A DNA stretch of 64,000 nt from Lama guanicoe (taxonomy: Eukaryota): assembly GCA_013239625.1 (NCBI GenBank), contig MU054391.1, forward strand, positions 2,385,130 to 2,449,129, written 5' to 3'. The notes under the pieces were generated by a model. It ran no database searches. It was not told where the DNA came from and was given only the letters and a program-made list of their open reading frames with translations. Positions 11,166 through 24,929 of the stretch are shown in pieces; position 1 is the first letter of the stretch, and each line of letters begins with the position of its first letter. The position numbers and the translations under genes are program-made.

Positions 11166-14100
11166 CAAAATATAATTTTGCTCGAGAAAGCAAGATTCAC
11201 TGATCTTTAAACGTTTCAATTTGCTTTAAGCCAGGCATGTAACCTCTTTGAATCAAAGTTCCTTAAGCTACAAGACCAAACCTGTCAGTGACAGCCTTTC
11301 TGCGTGTCACAGGCTGTCGGTGACCCTGGGGTTGGGAGATCAGATGTAAGTGGTTTCACTGAGAACCGTGTTCTGATGCGCGCTCCTCCAAAGGAAAAAG
11401 AGCAGATAAAAAACGAGAGAAATTGACTGTAAACGATGAGTGACCAGGCAGACACACTCACCACCAGCGTGCTGGGAGCTCACAGTCTGTGACCACCTTT
11501 TCAGCTGCGGAATTTCTGCTGACGGGGTGTTTATCTGCATAACGCTTGCCTTTCTTTTTATTGTAGAGACAGATGGGGAAGAAGGCAGAAGCCCCGTTTC
11601 CTCACATTCTTAGAAAACTCAGTGGTTCTCTACAAGAAGTCTTCAAAGATGTCTGAAATGAGATTTTTTGATATTCCTTTGAAAGAAACCAGTTTTGTAG
11701 TGCTTTGCCCTGTATTTGTACAGAGATGTTTTTAATAAACCCAGTTTTTAGTGAGGACAAGTCTCAGGTCTGCTTCCTGTGCGGCCACCAGAGACTGATT
11801 GATTGATTTTCATTTTAAACTTGCCCTTGCCCCCGAGGACCTCATTAGAGCGAGAAACAGACACAATGAAGACGAGGGTGGGTGGTGCGGCTCCTCCGTA
11901 CCCCAGACACACTCGCACCCTTCCACGGGCTCCTGTGCACACACGGAGACCCCAGGGCAGCGAGCAGCACGGAGACAGACAGGCAGGAGTCCTGTCTGCG
12001 TCCTGCGTCCTGGGAAGGCCGGCTGCTCACACAGGTCCCTTCCGTTTACCTTGAAAACCCAGCGCACCTGCAGAAACTCACCTGCTGTGTGTGTGGTAGA
12101 GGGAGGGAACTGCGCCAAGGCCAGTTCAGTAGTTTCATGGGCGCTTCATGATTCCCCACGACTGAAAAATTATGTAATTAACGACCTGTGCAACCCAGAC
12201 ATCAGAATTACAGATGGAGGAACCAGCGGAATTCTGGGCATCAGCGGTCCTTGGTCTGAGGGTCAATGAGGCCTGAGTCGGGAAATGCAATGAATCTGTC
12301 ACGGGAGCCTTAGCGCCAGGCGGGCTCATCTCTGCCTTACAGGCGCTCAGAGGTCCGGGCGAGGGCGAGGGGGCAGGACAGTGAGGGCAGGCGTCTGAAG
12401 ATGCTGTGGTCCCCAGGGACAGAGGGTTCCCGGCCACGTGACGAGCGGCCTGGCTGTGAGCGGGAAGGTAGCTCGGGGATGCTGTGCACCTGTTAGACGT
12501 GAGTTCCTACTTGACGCCGTCTGACTGTGTTCCCGGGCACCCCCCACCCTTGTCCCACGGTGTGAAAATGCCAATTTTTGGATTTAAATGTGAAGCAAGC
12601 AACCACAATGGTAACAACAGTCTATAGCTTCGCGTCACTGGGCTTAATCCTGGCGTGTGGACGACGTGGCCTCAGGTTAGTTTTGCGTCCTCGGGTAGGG
12701 CTGAAGCGGCTCCCCTGGGACTGGGGTGGGGCAAACCCAGGGCCTGTCCCCCAGCTCTCTTTACGTTGAACCAGAAAGTCAGTCCCAAAGTGTCTTACTG
12801 ATCAAGGTCAAATAAAACTCTATCTTCTAGTCAATGCTGAAATAAAACCTTTTTAAAGAGTATAATGTTAGTTGGCGATATTGCAAAATAACAGAGAGGT
12901 AATTCTTAACTGTATGCAAATTTAATTCAGCGGGTCTTTTATGGGACCACAGTGACCTTTTCTTTCTTCTTGTTGGCAGGCGCTTCCTTCACTTGATCTT
13001 ACCATCCAGGTTAGAAAGACCTGACTGCCCTTCAGCCTCTCTGCTCCCGAAGTTAAACATAACAGACGCTCTGTTCTATGCTCCCAACCATTCATCTCAT
13101 GTGTTGTGACTCCCAAGCACACTGCGAGAAGAAGTTGCAAATTTAACAATTTTTGAAAGAATCCAAATCCAATTAGATAATCATCTGATTTATATGCTGC
13201 GTCTGCAGAGTGAAGCACAACGTAGGAAAATGAGCTGTAATTGTTTTGGGAAATGTTCCAGAGACACCAGAGAGACATCATTTACAACCAGTTAATATGC
13301 CTCCCTCCTCCTTGCTGTGTCCTCACACACTGTAATTGCAGTATTGATTGTCTCCGAAGGCTTCGCCGTGACCAAGTCAGCACAGCCTGCTTGCCTGGTG
13401 AAATCAGTAAACACTGCGCATTATAGATTCCTAATATTTTGTACCAATTAGTAACCAGACAGTAACTGATCACCCTTCTCAGCGTCTCTTTAGATATTCT
13501 GGGTCTGTGAGAACTGCTTCATGCTCACGGGGAGCTCCTCCTCTGATCAAGGACCCTAGGCCTTTAGGGGCAATTCCACTAATCCGCTTAGTACTTCATC
13601 CCGGAGTTTGATCAAGGAGAGCCCAAGTCAGAAGCATCGTTCACACACACCTTGACGGCAAGGAAACAGAGCCCTGAATTTCAGATTCGTCTTAGAAAAA
13701 TGGTGGAGTAGCCGGAAGACAGAGCATCGCAGCCTCCCCACCCCAACCCTGGACTGATTTTCAAGCCCATGGATGGAGCGCTCACAGACGTTCATCCGCT
13801 GGTGAAGCGTGCTTGCTTAATTTGTATTACTGTGCTTCTGGATTAAAGAATGAGCCTTAATTACTTGGCTGTTTTTAAAAGACTTCCACGGAACCTCTCA
13901 AATCAAGCAGATCCATTTGGCATTTAATCCAGTGACTACCTCTGAGGCAGAAAGAACCTTCCATAACTCAGAGAACTTTATGCAGAATTCCGGGAGCCTG
14001 AAAAATACTTTTTTCTTCTTCAAATAGTTCTGTCACAGCCTCATTTCCACATTCTACCAATTTCCTAGGAGTTCTAATGTGTCTTTAAGTTCACATGTTT

Positions 14101-14876
14101 TCATGTCATTCTCTTAAAATACCCTTAGGATGAACTTAATAGGTAACCTATTTAAAAGCATAAATAAATACACCCAAGCGAATTAGAGTCAGAGGTCACG
14201 CTTGGTTTTTATAGACAACGAGATTATTTCTTTGAATAACACCACAGAATTGCTTGGGCACGAATTGTAGGTTTTATTCCGGATCCCCCTCCCTGCCGAG
14301 TACCATGAGCTCTTCCATTTAAGGTATTTTTTTCCACTGGTGGAAGATTGAACAGAGCAATAATCCTCTGAAATGCCCTGTGGAGCATTTACATATAAGA
14401 AGTCTCGAAGGTACTGCAAATTCCTTTTTTTTTTTTTTAGGATCAGTATAAATGGATGCAGTTTGGTTGTGTGTGCGCACACATACACACACGCACAAAC
14501 AGGTGGCCTGTGTGGGTGGCTCTGCAAACTGATGTAATTCTTTTGGAAAAAAAGTCAACAAAGAGCAAGAATTGTCTACTTTGTACGCTTTTACAATCCA
14601 TAAAATGAACTCCTAGAATTTATTTAAAACTAATCATTTAATAGAAACACAAATGCATGCAACGGATATGCCCTTTAAATACTATAAATAATAGAATATG
14701 AAATATTACAATACATTAAAATTATTATTATAAAATCCACATAGAAGACTAGAAATTAATTACAATGTTGTTCTAAGAAAAGAGCAGATTTGCCACCATG
14801 ATTTCAACTATGTTAAAGTTCATGTATACATCTTATCTTTGGCAAAAGATTATATTAAACATTTTAAAAAGTAACA

Positions 14877-15335
14877 TCAGCTGTAAAAAAGAATAAAATG
14901 ACACCATTTTCAGCAACATGGATGGACCTGGAGATCATCATTCTAAGTAAGCCCAAAAGAGAAAGAAAAATACCATAAGATCACACTCATATGTGGAGTC
15001 TAAAAAAAGAAAAAATAAGACACTGTGAACTTATCTACAAAAAGAAACAGACTTGCAGACATAGTAATCTTATGGTTACCGGGGGAAAAGGGATGGGAAG
15101 GGATAAATTTAGAAGTCCAAGATTCGCAAATATTAACTACTATACATATAAAATAGATAAAAAATACAATTTCTTCTGTATAGCACAAGGAACTATATTC
15201 AATATCTTGTAATAACCTTTAATGAAAAAGAATATGAACACAATATATGTCTGTATATGCATGACTGGGACACTGTGCTGTGCTCCAAAGATTGACACAT
15301 TGTAACTGACTGTACTTCAATAAAACAAAGAAGAA
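14877..15335 (+). mobile_element. Relatively young 5'-truncated L1 (end of ORF2 plus complete 3' UTR and A tail)
   Basis: 'gcaacatggatggacctggagatcatcattctaagt' (ATWMDLEIIILS) through 'gtacttcaataaaa'. Endonuclease-type site tttt/aaaaa at 14862-14870. Probable diverged TSD aaaaagtaacatc (14866-14878) versus aaaaggtgatatc (15334-15346). Confidence 0.9.
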
Positions 15336-17564
15336 AAGGTGATATCTTATTTTGTTTTCAGCTAAAATAAATTTATTAATTTTAAAAAGGTAAGTTTTAA
15401 AGCATTGGTATTTTGCGGCTAAACATTATTATAAAACAAGTAAGTTTAAAGACACTAAAACCCAGCACCATCATATTTTCGTTATAACGTGGCTGGCATT
15501 AGTGGTACTCAAAGTTTTCTGAAAATTTATTTGTATAAAAACTGTTAGAGCGAAGATTTTAAAAAAGGGTGGCAGCATTGGTGTGAAGATGAAACTTGGG
15601 GTGATTATGGGGGTAGAGGAGCCCTGATTTTGATAAAACAGTGACTTCAGAATTCACTACCTTAACCACGACATTTCCAGGGTCAGAAGCGTGCGAGGGC
15701 CATGAGCACACGCGCATCTGTTGGACCGGCTGTGGTGTTCAGCATGGGAATCAGGAATCAGGGAGCATTCGGAATCCAGTGTGGGCAGCAGGACCCCGAG
15801 CGTCAGATTTCTCCAAGGCCAGTCAAAGGGTGCGCTGTTCAGAGGGAGGCCACGCGAACAGTGGAAATTAGGTCAGTGCGTTAGAGAACTCGTTAGATCA
15901 GTCTCTGTAAGAGTCAGAAACTGTGTCCTGGAGGTGTCTCAGGGGCTGCGGGGGAGGCTCAGACACCAAGCAGAGCTTAGACTGGGGCGAGGGGGCCCCT
16001 TAGAGAGAGAGACCCCTGTTTCAGCTGTCAGGAAACGCAGCTGCGTTTGTGCATCAGCGGAAGCAGCAAGTTGCACAGGCTATCCCAGAGCAAGACCGCT
16101 TCCCCCACTGAAAGGGGCACGAAGGCAGGGCTCACGTGGCAGACAGGCAGGGCCGATCCCACTTGGGGGTCGGGGATACACTGAGCAAAATCACCAAATT
16201 TTCGTTGCATAAAGAGAAGGCAGAAACCTTCCTGCCGCTAAGCACCACTTTGTTGAGTCTGAGGGAAGATGGGTCTCGGCTTGTCCCGCACGAGGGACCA
16301 GATCAAACCCGGGGTGATTTTCATCAGCTGTCAGGCACAGGCAGATATTTTTGCAGGACCGGGCAGGAAATTAGGCTATTAAATTACAGCCTTTCTCCGA
16401 GAGGCCCCGTCCGCCTCTTCCCCTTCCTACAGATGTTCTATCAAAGCAAGTCATTGTGAACATTTATCTTGCCAAACTTAAAATGCCTTCTCCAGAACTA
16501 ATTTTCCCCCAGTACTTGAGGTCTTTGTATTCTCTGTCTTGCTTCCCTGATCTCGTATGGATCTGAGATTAATTTGCACCAGCCAGGAGTTCAACAACAA
16601 AATCAATTTCAGTTGGGTCAGACGGGGTCACTGGGGGCCCGGGGGTGGGAGGAGGGACTAGATGCTGATCGGTCTGGAGGCACGGTGCGGAGGCTCAGTG
16701 GGAAGACAGAGGCTCATCCCCATAAAGGCAACGAATAACTCTTTTCAAAGCATCATAAGCAAATGGGAACTGGGTCTGTCTTCCACCAGTGTTTCCAAGA
16801 GCTCCACGTAAGCCGGTGAACTCCGCCCCGAGGAGGTGAGGAAGACGAGCACATGAGGCTTGGGGTACGGTTGGTGGAATTTCACGAGGGCCACTGTGTC
16901 GACAGGGTCTCCTGTTCTCCTTTGCACCCTGAAATGAAGCACACGCTCCCCCTGTAGGAAGGCCCTCTGGCGTTTCACACAGAGAGTCTAAAGGTGGGGC
17001 TTCAGACCACAGCTCCTAAGACAAAAGGCAAACAATGGTTGTGCTCATTTCTCCCGGTCCCTGAAAGGTACCATCAGCGAAGAAGGCGATCAGTGTGAGC
17101 GAATTAAAACCAAGCTGCGCACATCGCATTTTTAGCTTTTCACTTGGTCATTGAGGTTAAAAGAAAATCAAGACTAGCAACAAGGTTTTCTCTGTTTCTT
17201 CTTCAGAAAAATGCCAGAACTTACAGTGGCTCGTGGCAGTTTAATTAGTTAAAAAATGCATCAGTCGTGCGGAAAACAGTCCTTATCGCCCTTTACCTGA
17301 TTCAGATGCATCCGTGGGCACCAGGCATGCAGAAGTGTGTCGTGCCGGGTGCTTAGAACAGCGGTGAGATGGGTCAGCCCTGGTTTTATCCTCAGCGAGC
17401 GCGTGTCAGGATGTCCCGCAGCTGAGAAACGTGCGGTTAGCAAGGTAAGATTATTTTTAATTGAGAAAAAGGCAATGCGCTCTCTGTCTGTAAAGGGTTA
17501 TTGTAAGAGGTGAGAGTATTCGTTCATTTAGTTGCCACAAGCATTCTGGAAAATCGTTCTATGT

Positions 17565-17680
17565 CCCTGGTTTCAGTCACATAGATTGAAACCCATCCTT
17601 GCTAATTTAAGCAAAAAAGAATTTATTGTAGGCTACCGGTTGTCAGAAGGACTGAAGAAAAGCAGTCGAGACCGAAGCTT
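17565..17680 (-). mobile_element. Ancient MaLR/ERVL LTR fragment (MLT1/LTR33-like)
   Basis: 'gaaacccatccttgctaatttaagcaaaaaagaatttattg' matches a hallmark of these LTRs. Confidence 0.5.
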
Positions 17681-19270
17681 CGAGGCTGACGAACACGATA
17701 ATGTGCAGACTAGACCTGCCATCTGGGGAGCCACTGGCCCCGCGGTGTCGGGACGTCGCGGCTGACCCCTGAGCCCATAATGCGGCCAGCAGCTCCCGGC
17801 ACACGTCGCAGAATGGGTGTCTCGCATGCCACCGCCACCAGGCGTGATCCATTTGCAAATCCAGCATTCCAAGTCAGTCTGAATGGCAGAAGTGACAATA
17901 CGTCTAGAATCTTTGCTTCAATTAGTCTGAAAAATACAGTTTTTAGTTCTCTAGCCTTGACACTTCTGAATAGGATTGGAGCCACCAACCAGCAGTGGCC
18001 GCCACAGTGGTCATTATCCCATTTTTCACAGAAAGGACCAAGTTTAGGGAAGATTTATGTAGTGCAAAGACATTATAAAGCCTCAACATAGCAGGGCTTT
18101 GAGTCAAAGGCAGCCCCGAGCCTGTCTCCACCCCACTTCTCAGCGTGGCCTGGCACCGGAGCGACGTGGTGATGGGGCTGTGAGGAGTGAAGTGTGCTTG
18201 TGGGTGAAGGAAGGGCAGCCGCTGGCCTGACAGGAGAGGAAGCAGAGGCTCCCCGAGGTTCCCTGGTTCTCTGGCGGGAGGGTCACTCGGAGCATTCTTA
18301 GAAAGATGTGTAGAATCCAAACGTGAGCGTGAACAAGGAGAAAAACACAGCCACCGGGTGAAGGCGCACAGGCAGGTGACTGCAGCGGGCGCGAGGCTTG
18401 TGAAAGTGGCGGGGAGCGGGGGGGGAAGGCGCAAGGACGGCTTCCTCTTCATCCTGGGCTTTGAGCTCCAGTCGGGCGTCTGAGCCTTGGCACGCCGCTC
18501 GAGGCATTTGAGGTAGAAAATGATGTGGCCACACTGATGCTTCGGGGAAATCAGTCTCCTTATATCTGCTCCTTAGTGACTGAATAAGAATTTTCCATAA
18601 AGATGTGCTTACAGCACAATCAGACTCGGTGACTGACCCGTCACCATGACAGGATTGGCTCCCGGGTGACCTGTCTGCGTGGCCGGCGATCGTAGGCTTG
18701 GAAGTGGCCGCCGTCCACGTAGAAGCAGCCGTGTTCTGCCACACGTAACACACTCGTTTCTACGGACACGTGTGCTTATGCAAGGTGGGAGGGAAGGAAG
18801 ACTCTGAAACTCACAAAAGGCAGGTAGAGATCAAACAAAACTGAGATGTGAGCACAAGTGAACACGCCTGTGAATTTCTGCATGGGCGGGGGAGGGGGAA
18901 CCCACCTGAAGGCCTGTCATCCTGTGTTTGGATAATTACCAACATACAATACAGAGTGAGCCCGTCACCTGGCCCCCTGGAGGGCACGAGCTGGCTAACA
19001 CGGCATGAAAAGGTTCCTGCTGTTCCCTCGGCTGGTGAAGGATCTAAGCAGAATCCAGTCCATAGGCTGCCAGCCTCAGAGGGGAAGGTCTTGGAGCCAA
19101 ACAACTGCTTCTACGTGAATATGAATTTAGCCCCAGCAAATCCTGCAGGGAGAGTGGCAGACAAGGCCGCCCAGCGCTCTGTGGGGAGGCGCTTGCTCTG
19201 TGCTCCAGAGTCTGCTCCGGGTGGGTTTGGGGCCCAGAGCTTGGGTTTCAGCACATTATTACATTGGAGG

Positions 19271-19298
<28 letters not shown>
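19271..19298. repeat. (CA)n microsatellite
   Basis: Perfect CA run of about 14 units. Confidence 0.95.
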
Positions 19299-19301
<3 letters not shown>

Positions 19302-19971
19302 GCTCGTGTGGACAGACATGGCCACACAACCAAACACCTGTACACCAAACCCTGGCGGGCAACCTACCCAAAAGCCAGAGCCTTGGAACTTGCCCGTGGC
19401 CTGCGCATTTATAAAAGGCCCACGGAGCACCCGCTTTCAGGAGAAGGTCTGTAAAGCCGGCGTAGGGGGCAGCATTCCAGCCATCCCTTCTCCTGGTCAT
19501 TCCAGCCCTTCTGGCAAGACGACATTTAAAATGAGAAGGAAACGATGAGAATGCTTATTTATGAAAAGGGTGTCAGGTGAGACGAGGTAATGATTTAATT
19601 GAATAAATCCAACAGGGCTTTAAAATATGCATTTATGACGGCAGGAGTTTGAAATTTATGACATTCTTACAACTTTCTAATAACTTACGTAAGCCTTAAT
19701 TTTGCTGACTGTGGGGAAGCTCAGGAGGATAGAAACAGGGGAGACTAGGACGGTTGCCTTGCTCTTCACTAGAGAAGATTCCGGGGAACTTGGGGGAGAG
19801 GGACGGAGGCCCCGTCCTGTGTGGGGATTTGGGGAGCGGAAGACAAGAGGCGCCTGCAGGCTTGAGAACGTCGTTTGTAAAAGAAGAGATAGGTTTCCAG
19901 GACTTCATGATTTTGAAAATTCAAATATAAGCTCTTCTTCCCTTTCTTTCCCAAATCTAGGCAAAACCCAC

Positions 19972-19972
<1 letters not shown>

Positions 19973-20005
<33 letters not shown>

Positions 20006-20160
20006 TCTATGTGTATACACACATACCTACAGGTGCTCGAGCACAAATGCACACACACATGCAGCCAAGTACGCGTGCACATGAGACCCTGCAGGCACAC
20101 ACAGGCACGTACACACATCGGCACGTCTGTGCAGGACACACGCAGGAACTCACATGCGTA
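19973..20160. repeat. (CA)n microsatellite with a degenerate alternating purine-pyrimidine extension
   Basis: Perfect AC run 19973-20003, then CACA/GCAC/TACA-rich sequence. Confidence 0.85.
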
Positions 20161-20369
20161 GTACCAGCAAAGCTTGTCAGCAAAATCTGACAGCACTTTT
20201 ACCCCTTAAATAGCTAACAGACAGTGTTTCTGAAATGATCTAACATGGACTGGAGAGCAAAAGCAGCAGGCGCCCCACGCACTGCCGACAGGGAGGCCGA
20301 CGTCTCGATGGAAGCCCACTTGACATTCTTATTGGAATCATTAATCATGCCGGTGCATGGCAAGGTCTT

Positions 20370-20770
20370 CTGTTACTGAGATCTTACCTAAGGATAGCAA
20401 AGAATTTACATGTAGATTCACAGTGTTTACAAGGATATTCGCTGCAACTCTGTAATAATAAGAAATTGAAAACAAAATACTTGTTTAATAACAGAGATTT
20501 GGTGAAGAAAATGGTAGTAAATTCTTAAAATAAGACATCATGCAGCTATTTAGGATTATATTATATTTATAAATGTAGCCACATATGAAGATAGAGCGTG
20601 GAATAAAAATAGCTTATAAAGCAGGTTATACACTCTGAACTCATTCATATAATCTAGGCATAAAGACCCAAAATGGTGCCTATGGCAATAGCTGTAATAA
20701 CTTCTGAGCTGGAGCGAATACAGGTGATTTTTATCTACATTTTACTTACGTGTTTTCAAAATACTTTCCT
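20370..20770 (+). mobile_element. Ancient L1ME-like 3' region
   Basis: 'tacaaggatattcgctgcaactctgtaataataagaaattgaaaacaa...catcatgcagctatt' resembles the L1ME ORF2 end and 3' UTR. Confidence 0.55.
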
Positions 20771-21984
20771 ATTAATGAGGATATTAATGTGTGATTTTAT
20801 AACGGGCACACACAGACGTGCTCTGTGCTGCACATTAGCACTCTGCTGTTTACGGCCGTGGAAAGTTCTTCAACTTTTGTCTTTTCATTAATATGCAATC
20901 TCCTTCAGAACCTGGTCATAAATTTTAAAAAAATCTTTGTTCTCATTTATTTCAGTATTTGACCACATATTTGTAGCAACAAAATGTTATTATGAGACAA
21001 ATCTAGTAAAGCTATAGGAAATTAATTTGTAGCCTGTGATGTTTTGGAAAATGTAACAAGTGCATTTGTTAAAGCACTTCACCAGAATAAAGAGTAAATG
21101 GCCACCTGCTGTCATTAAGGAGGGGACACCCTGGCCTGGCCTGAGTCGCCGAAGTGTTACCTTACCGATCACCTGAAATTCTCATTTGGAGCGCTTTTCT
21201 GTCATAGGCAGGAAAATCCTAAACTGTGTGTGTGTGTGTTTTCCATTACGTATTTGGTCGCCCTTGCTCGGCAGCCTCCTCGCACGTCAGCTGGGATGAT
21301 GGTTGTGAAGGAGAAGTCTCCGCAGGTGAGTGTTCTTTGTGGTTAGAACCCACGAGCTCAAATAATATGTCCTGGAGAACGTCAAGCCTGGACTAGGAAG
21401 ATGAGGAAATGCGACTCTGTCTAAATAAACCTTCCCTGAGGAAGAGCCACGTGGGGATGAATCCAGGAACCCTGGGCTGGGGTCCAGCTGCACGTTAGAA
21501 AGCCGCTTGTCTTCTGCCTGACTCCTCGTCCCTGTCTTCAGCGAGCTGACGACCGAGGGAACTTCGGAATTCTTCCCCGTCCCTTCCTGCGAGTTTCACT
21601 TCACGTGAGTGACACGGGGACCGCCTGGAGTCTCGGGAGAACCTGACAAACATAAACGTTTATCTAAATGTTTAATGTTCAATCACTAATGTCCTTAATA
21701 ATAAATAACACAAGTAGTAGGTATGGGATGCTCCTGCCATTATTATTTCTAATGATCCTCTGTCCCCTGTTCTGAAAGGGCGTCTCCTTCACAACAAAGC
21801 TCCTCTCCCGACAACTCCTCAAGGCAGATGAAAACACGTGAGGCTGAAGGGGGCTCCTAAGTCTGCTCTCCAATGCAAGTCAGATGAAGAATAAAAACAA
21901 ATTATTCAAGCTGATAGATGTAGCCAAATAAAAATAATAATACATAAAATAATAATAAAATGATATAAAATGTGCAGCTGCATA

Positions 21985-22160
21985 CACCAGCACCAAGCAG
22001 TGATGTCAACATTTTCCGTAGGTTATTTTGTATATTTCATCCAGCAATCCTGCAAGCAAATACCATCATTATCTCCACTTTGTATTTGGCGAAAATGAAT
22101 GTGGCCAAAGCAACCCATCCAGCAAAGCGTCCTGAGAGTCTGGCCCCGTAACTCAGCTCT
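21985..22160 (-). mobile_element. MIR fragment
   Basis: 'cagcaatcctgcaagcaaataccatcattatctccactttg...gaaaatga' is an antisense MIR core. Confidence 0.55.
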
Positions 22161-22299
22161 TCGACATCACCTTCTGCTGCTTCCGTCTCGGGTTCATTCT
22201 GAAGACAGCCCAGGGGAAGAGACAGCGATCTTCTGTCGATACGCGGCCCTCATTTGACCCTGCGTTCCGGGTCTGGGTTCCTAGAACATAGAACACCGT

Positions 22300-22500
22300 G
22301 CTGAGAGAGGGAAGGGATTTCGAAGGACTGAGAGTCAGGTGGACCCGACCTTGAAGTCCAGGTTCTGGTTCTCACTAGCTTTGTTGCTTTGGGCACCTTC
22401 CTGAGCCTCTGTTTCTTCACATCAAAATCAGGGGAAGACCCAGCAGTATGTTGTGATGAAAAAGAAAACGCCTGTGGGTGGTCCTGTCACAGGGCCTGGG
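22300..22500 (+). mobile_element. MIR fragment
   Basis: 'gagtcag...ttgaagtccaggttctg...cactagctttgttgctttgggca...ctgagcctctgtttcttcacatcaaaatcagggg'. Confidence 0.65.
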
Positions 22501-22639
22501 AGGAAATCCGGGAACGCTGGGCACGCCCTCCCCTCCATCACGTGCTGAGGAGCTCGCACCACGGACATCCCGTCCAGTTCCTGATGGGCCCCTCTTCCTG
22601 GGGACTTTCTGGCTCACGCCGCTTATGTTTTCATCATAA

Positions 22640-22920
22640 CATAGCCCACCATTTACTAGACTCAGCCATGCTCCTTTTGTCTGAACACAGTTTGCACTGA
22701 GAAATATGAAGACATGGAATTGGGACCTTAGATAAATTAATGGTAGAGTTCAAGGGTCAAGGCCAGCAAACTCCCTGGAGCAGCTCTAAATATTTCCTTC
22801 CCTTGGATTTATTTAACACTTTTTTCTTCCTACTCATAAACAAATGATAACTATTTTCACTGTTTCGCAGAAGCGGACTCTGTTTTCTGTCACTTGCAAT
22901 AAAGAGTTTGAACTAGTGTG
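22640..22920 (+). mobile_element. Old MLT1-type LTR, 3' part
   Basis: Ends in 'gttttctgtcacttgcaataaagagtttgaactagt', the MLT1 terminal motif; left boundary uncertain. Confidence 0.45.
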
Positions 22921-24929
22921 AGATACTCTCCCCACTCATTTATACCTTCCCCACCAGCACGCGGGTCAGAGAATCTGGATGATGTGATTCAGCGCCAACC
23001 ACCGTGATGATATTTGACTGTGACTGGGTGTAGTCTCATAGTTTTGCACTTCTCCCCTGAATTGAGTGCTCTTTTAATTTTTTGTTTCATAGATGTGAAA
23101 AAAAAATTGTGTTTCATAAGGCCCTTTATCCACAAAGATTCAATCTTTCATAAAACCTCAACTATCTGTATCATTATGAGTTGCAGTAAATAAGAAAAAC
23201 CCATGTTTCTATATGTGAAGCATTCCGCCACCAACCTGAACATATTTGATAAGAGAAAAGTAAAAGAAAATACTTCCAAATTGGCAAAGTACTCGAGAGT
23301 ATGTTGGTGTCCTGAGCACATTCACAGCGTTCTAAAGTGGACTTGTGGGACGAGTGTCACTACTTTGATCTAAACACATTCCTTTGTTTCTTTCAATGTG
23401 TGATTTCCTAAAGTTTTAGTTTTTTTCCCTCCTCTCACAGTCAGTTAGAACATCTGTCATAATGCATTATTGTCTTTAAGATAAGCTTTGAAATCCTAAA
23501 CTAAAACAAACAAACAAACAAAAAACAATAGCACAAGATCTTCCATGCACGATGCTGTATTTTGCAGATCTTCAGAACTGCAGAAATGTGCGGAAGGCGT
23601 AAAGGGGCCTCTCTCCTCCTCAGGTAGGTTCTGGTCTCTCCCGGCGGGAGGTGAGCCCCAGGACCGGGGCCTGAGCTGAAGTCAAGGCTTCTGGACTGAC
23701 CCACAGCTCAGCGGCATTGTATTTCTAACCAGAGCCACATTAAACCACATTATTACACTGTCACTAACACTACAACTTCCTAGAAAATTAAGTGTGTTTT
23801 GTTGTTAGAGGAAGACACTGGCAATTAATAGATGTGCTTGATTTAAAGCTTTAATATGCTCATTCAGTGTTGATATTGTAGGATGTTACCCTGCACAGTT
23901 TCTGTCCTTTCATCAGTTTCATTGCAGGAGAACAGCAGCAATCGGCAGAAAACACTGACTGACACACAATAAATCAGCTGTGTAACAAGTGCTCAGGTTC
24001 GTTGCTGTTGTTGTTGTTAGAAGAGGCAGCTCCTCGAAGTATGCGTGCTTGTAAGAGGAATAACTTTGCCCTTTAAAAGTTAGTGGACGGGTTGTTTGGA
24101 AACAGAAGCACTTTCTTGGTTAACTTTATGAGGTTAAGGGGGAGGGTGTGAAGAGGGGGGAGGCGGCCCCAGAGGCACCATCAACGCCACTCACACTGCT
24201 GACTCTCTCCAGGCATCACCAGCAGCCCAACAGGAGGAACTACGGGGTGATTTTTCTTCAAAAGTTGCATTTTAGGATCATGTATCCATCTCGCTGTCCC
24301 ATGGATCTGATGCCAGTATGAGAAATAACGTAATAAACATCCCCTCACTTGGGAACCCCAAATCTAATTTGTAGGCGGCTCAAGATTGCAAAGTAAAAAC
24401 AGAAACCTAAAAGCTGTAATCGAATTCCCAGGGACTCCTTTTACGTGTGCCCCTACTGCCTGTAAACGGCGCATTCTGGCCCACACTGGATGCAGGCCGA
24501 ACAAAGCCTCGGCCCTCGGGAGTGCAGGGCGCGCCCTGCCCTAGCACAGCCATGTTTCTCCTGCCCACGGACTCCAGCTGAGCAGAGAGAAAGGTCCGCT
24601 AGAGGGCCAGCCCGATGACGCTGGGCGGTGGCATGCTGCTGCAGGTCAGGGCTGTGGGGTCCCTGGCACGTGGGCTTTCCAGGGTTGCTCAGTGGGTTCT
24701 TGGGTTAGGCAGTGAGGGCCTGGACAGATGGCCCCGGTGCAGCCACTGGTGAGGCAGGGCCCCCTCTCCTGTCAGCACTGGAGACCTTAAATGGAAGCCA
24801 GTCCTGGGCTGGCTTCCTCTTCCTGTCCAAATACGTTGGATGAAAGCAAAGTCAGACTTCAGTCCTGGGGTTTGTGGTAAACTATGTTCCCCAGTGAGAG
24901 TCATTCGATGGCTCTGTCATTCTGTGTGG

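Noticed and set aside
18848..20196. ORFs with HTHTHT or CVCVCV runs
   Set aside because: Translations of (CA)n microsatellites; the same applies at 38642-39086 and 51407-51725.
9361..21331. Isolated consensus splice donors (9411, 15390, 17445, 21326)
   Set aside because: Such motifs are expected by chance in 64 kb and lack a convincing paired acceptor or a recognisable reading frame.
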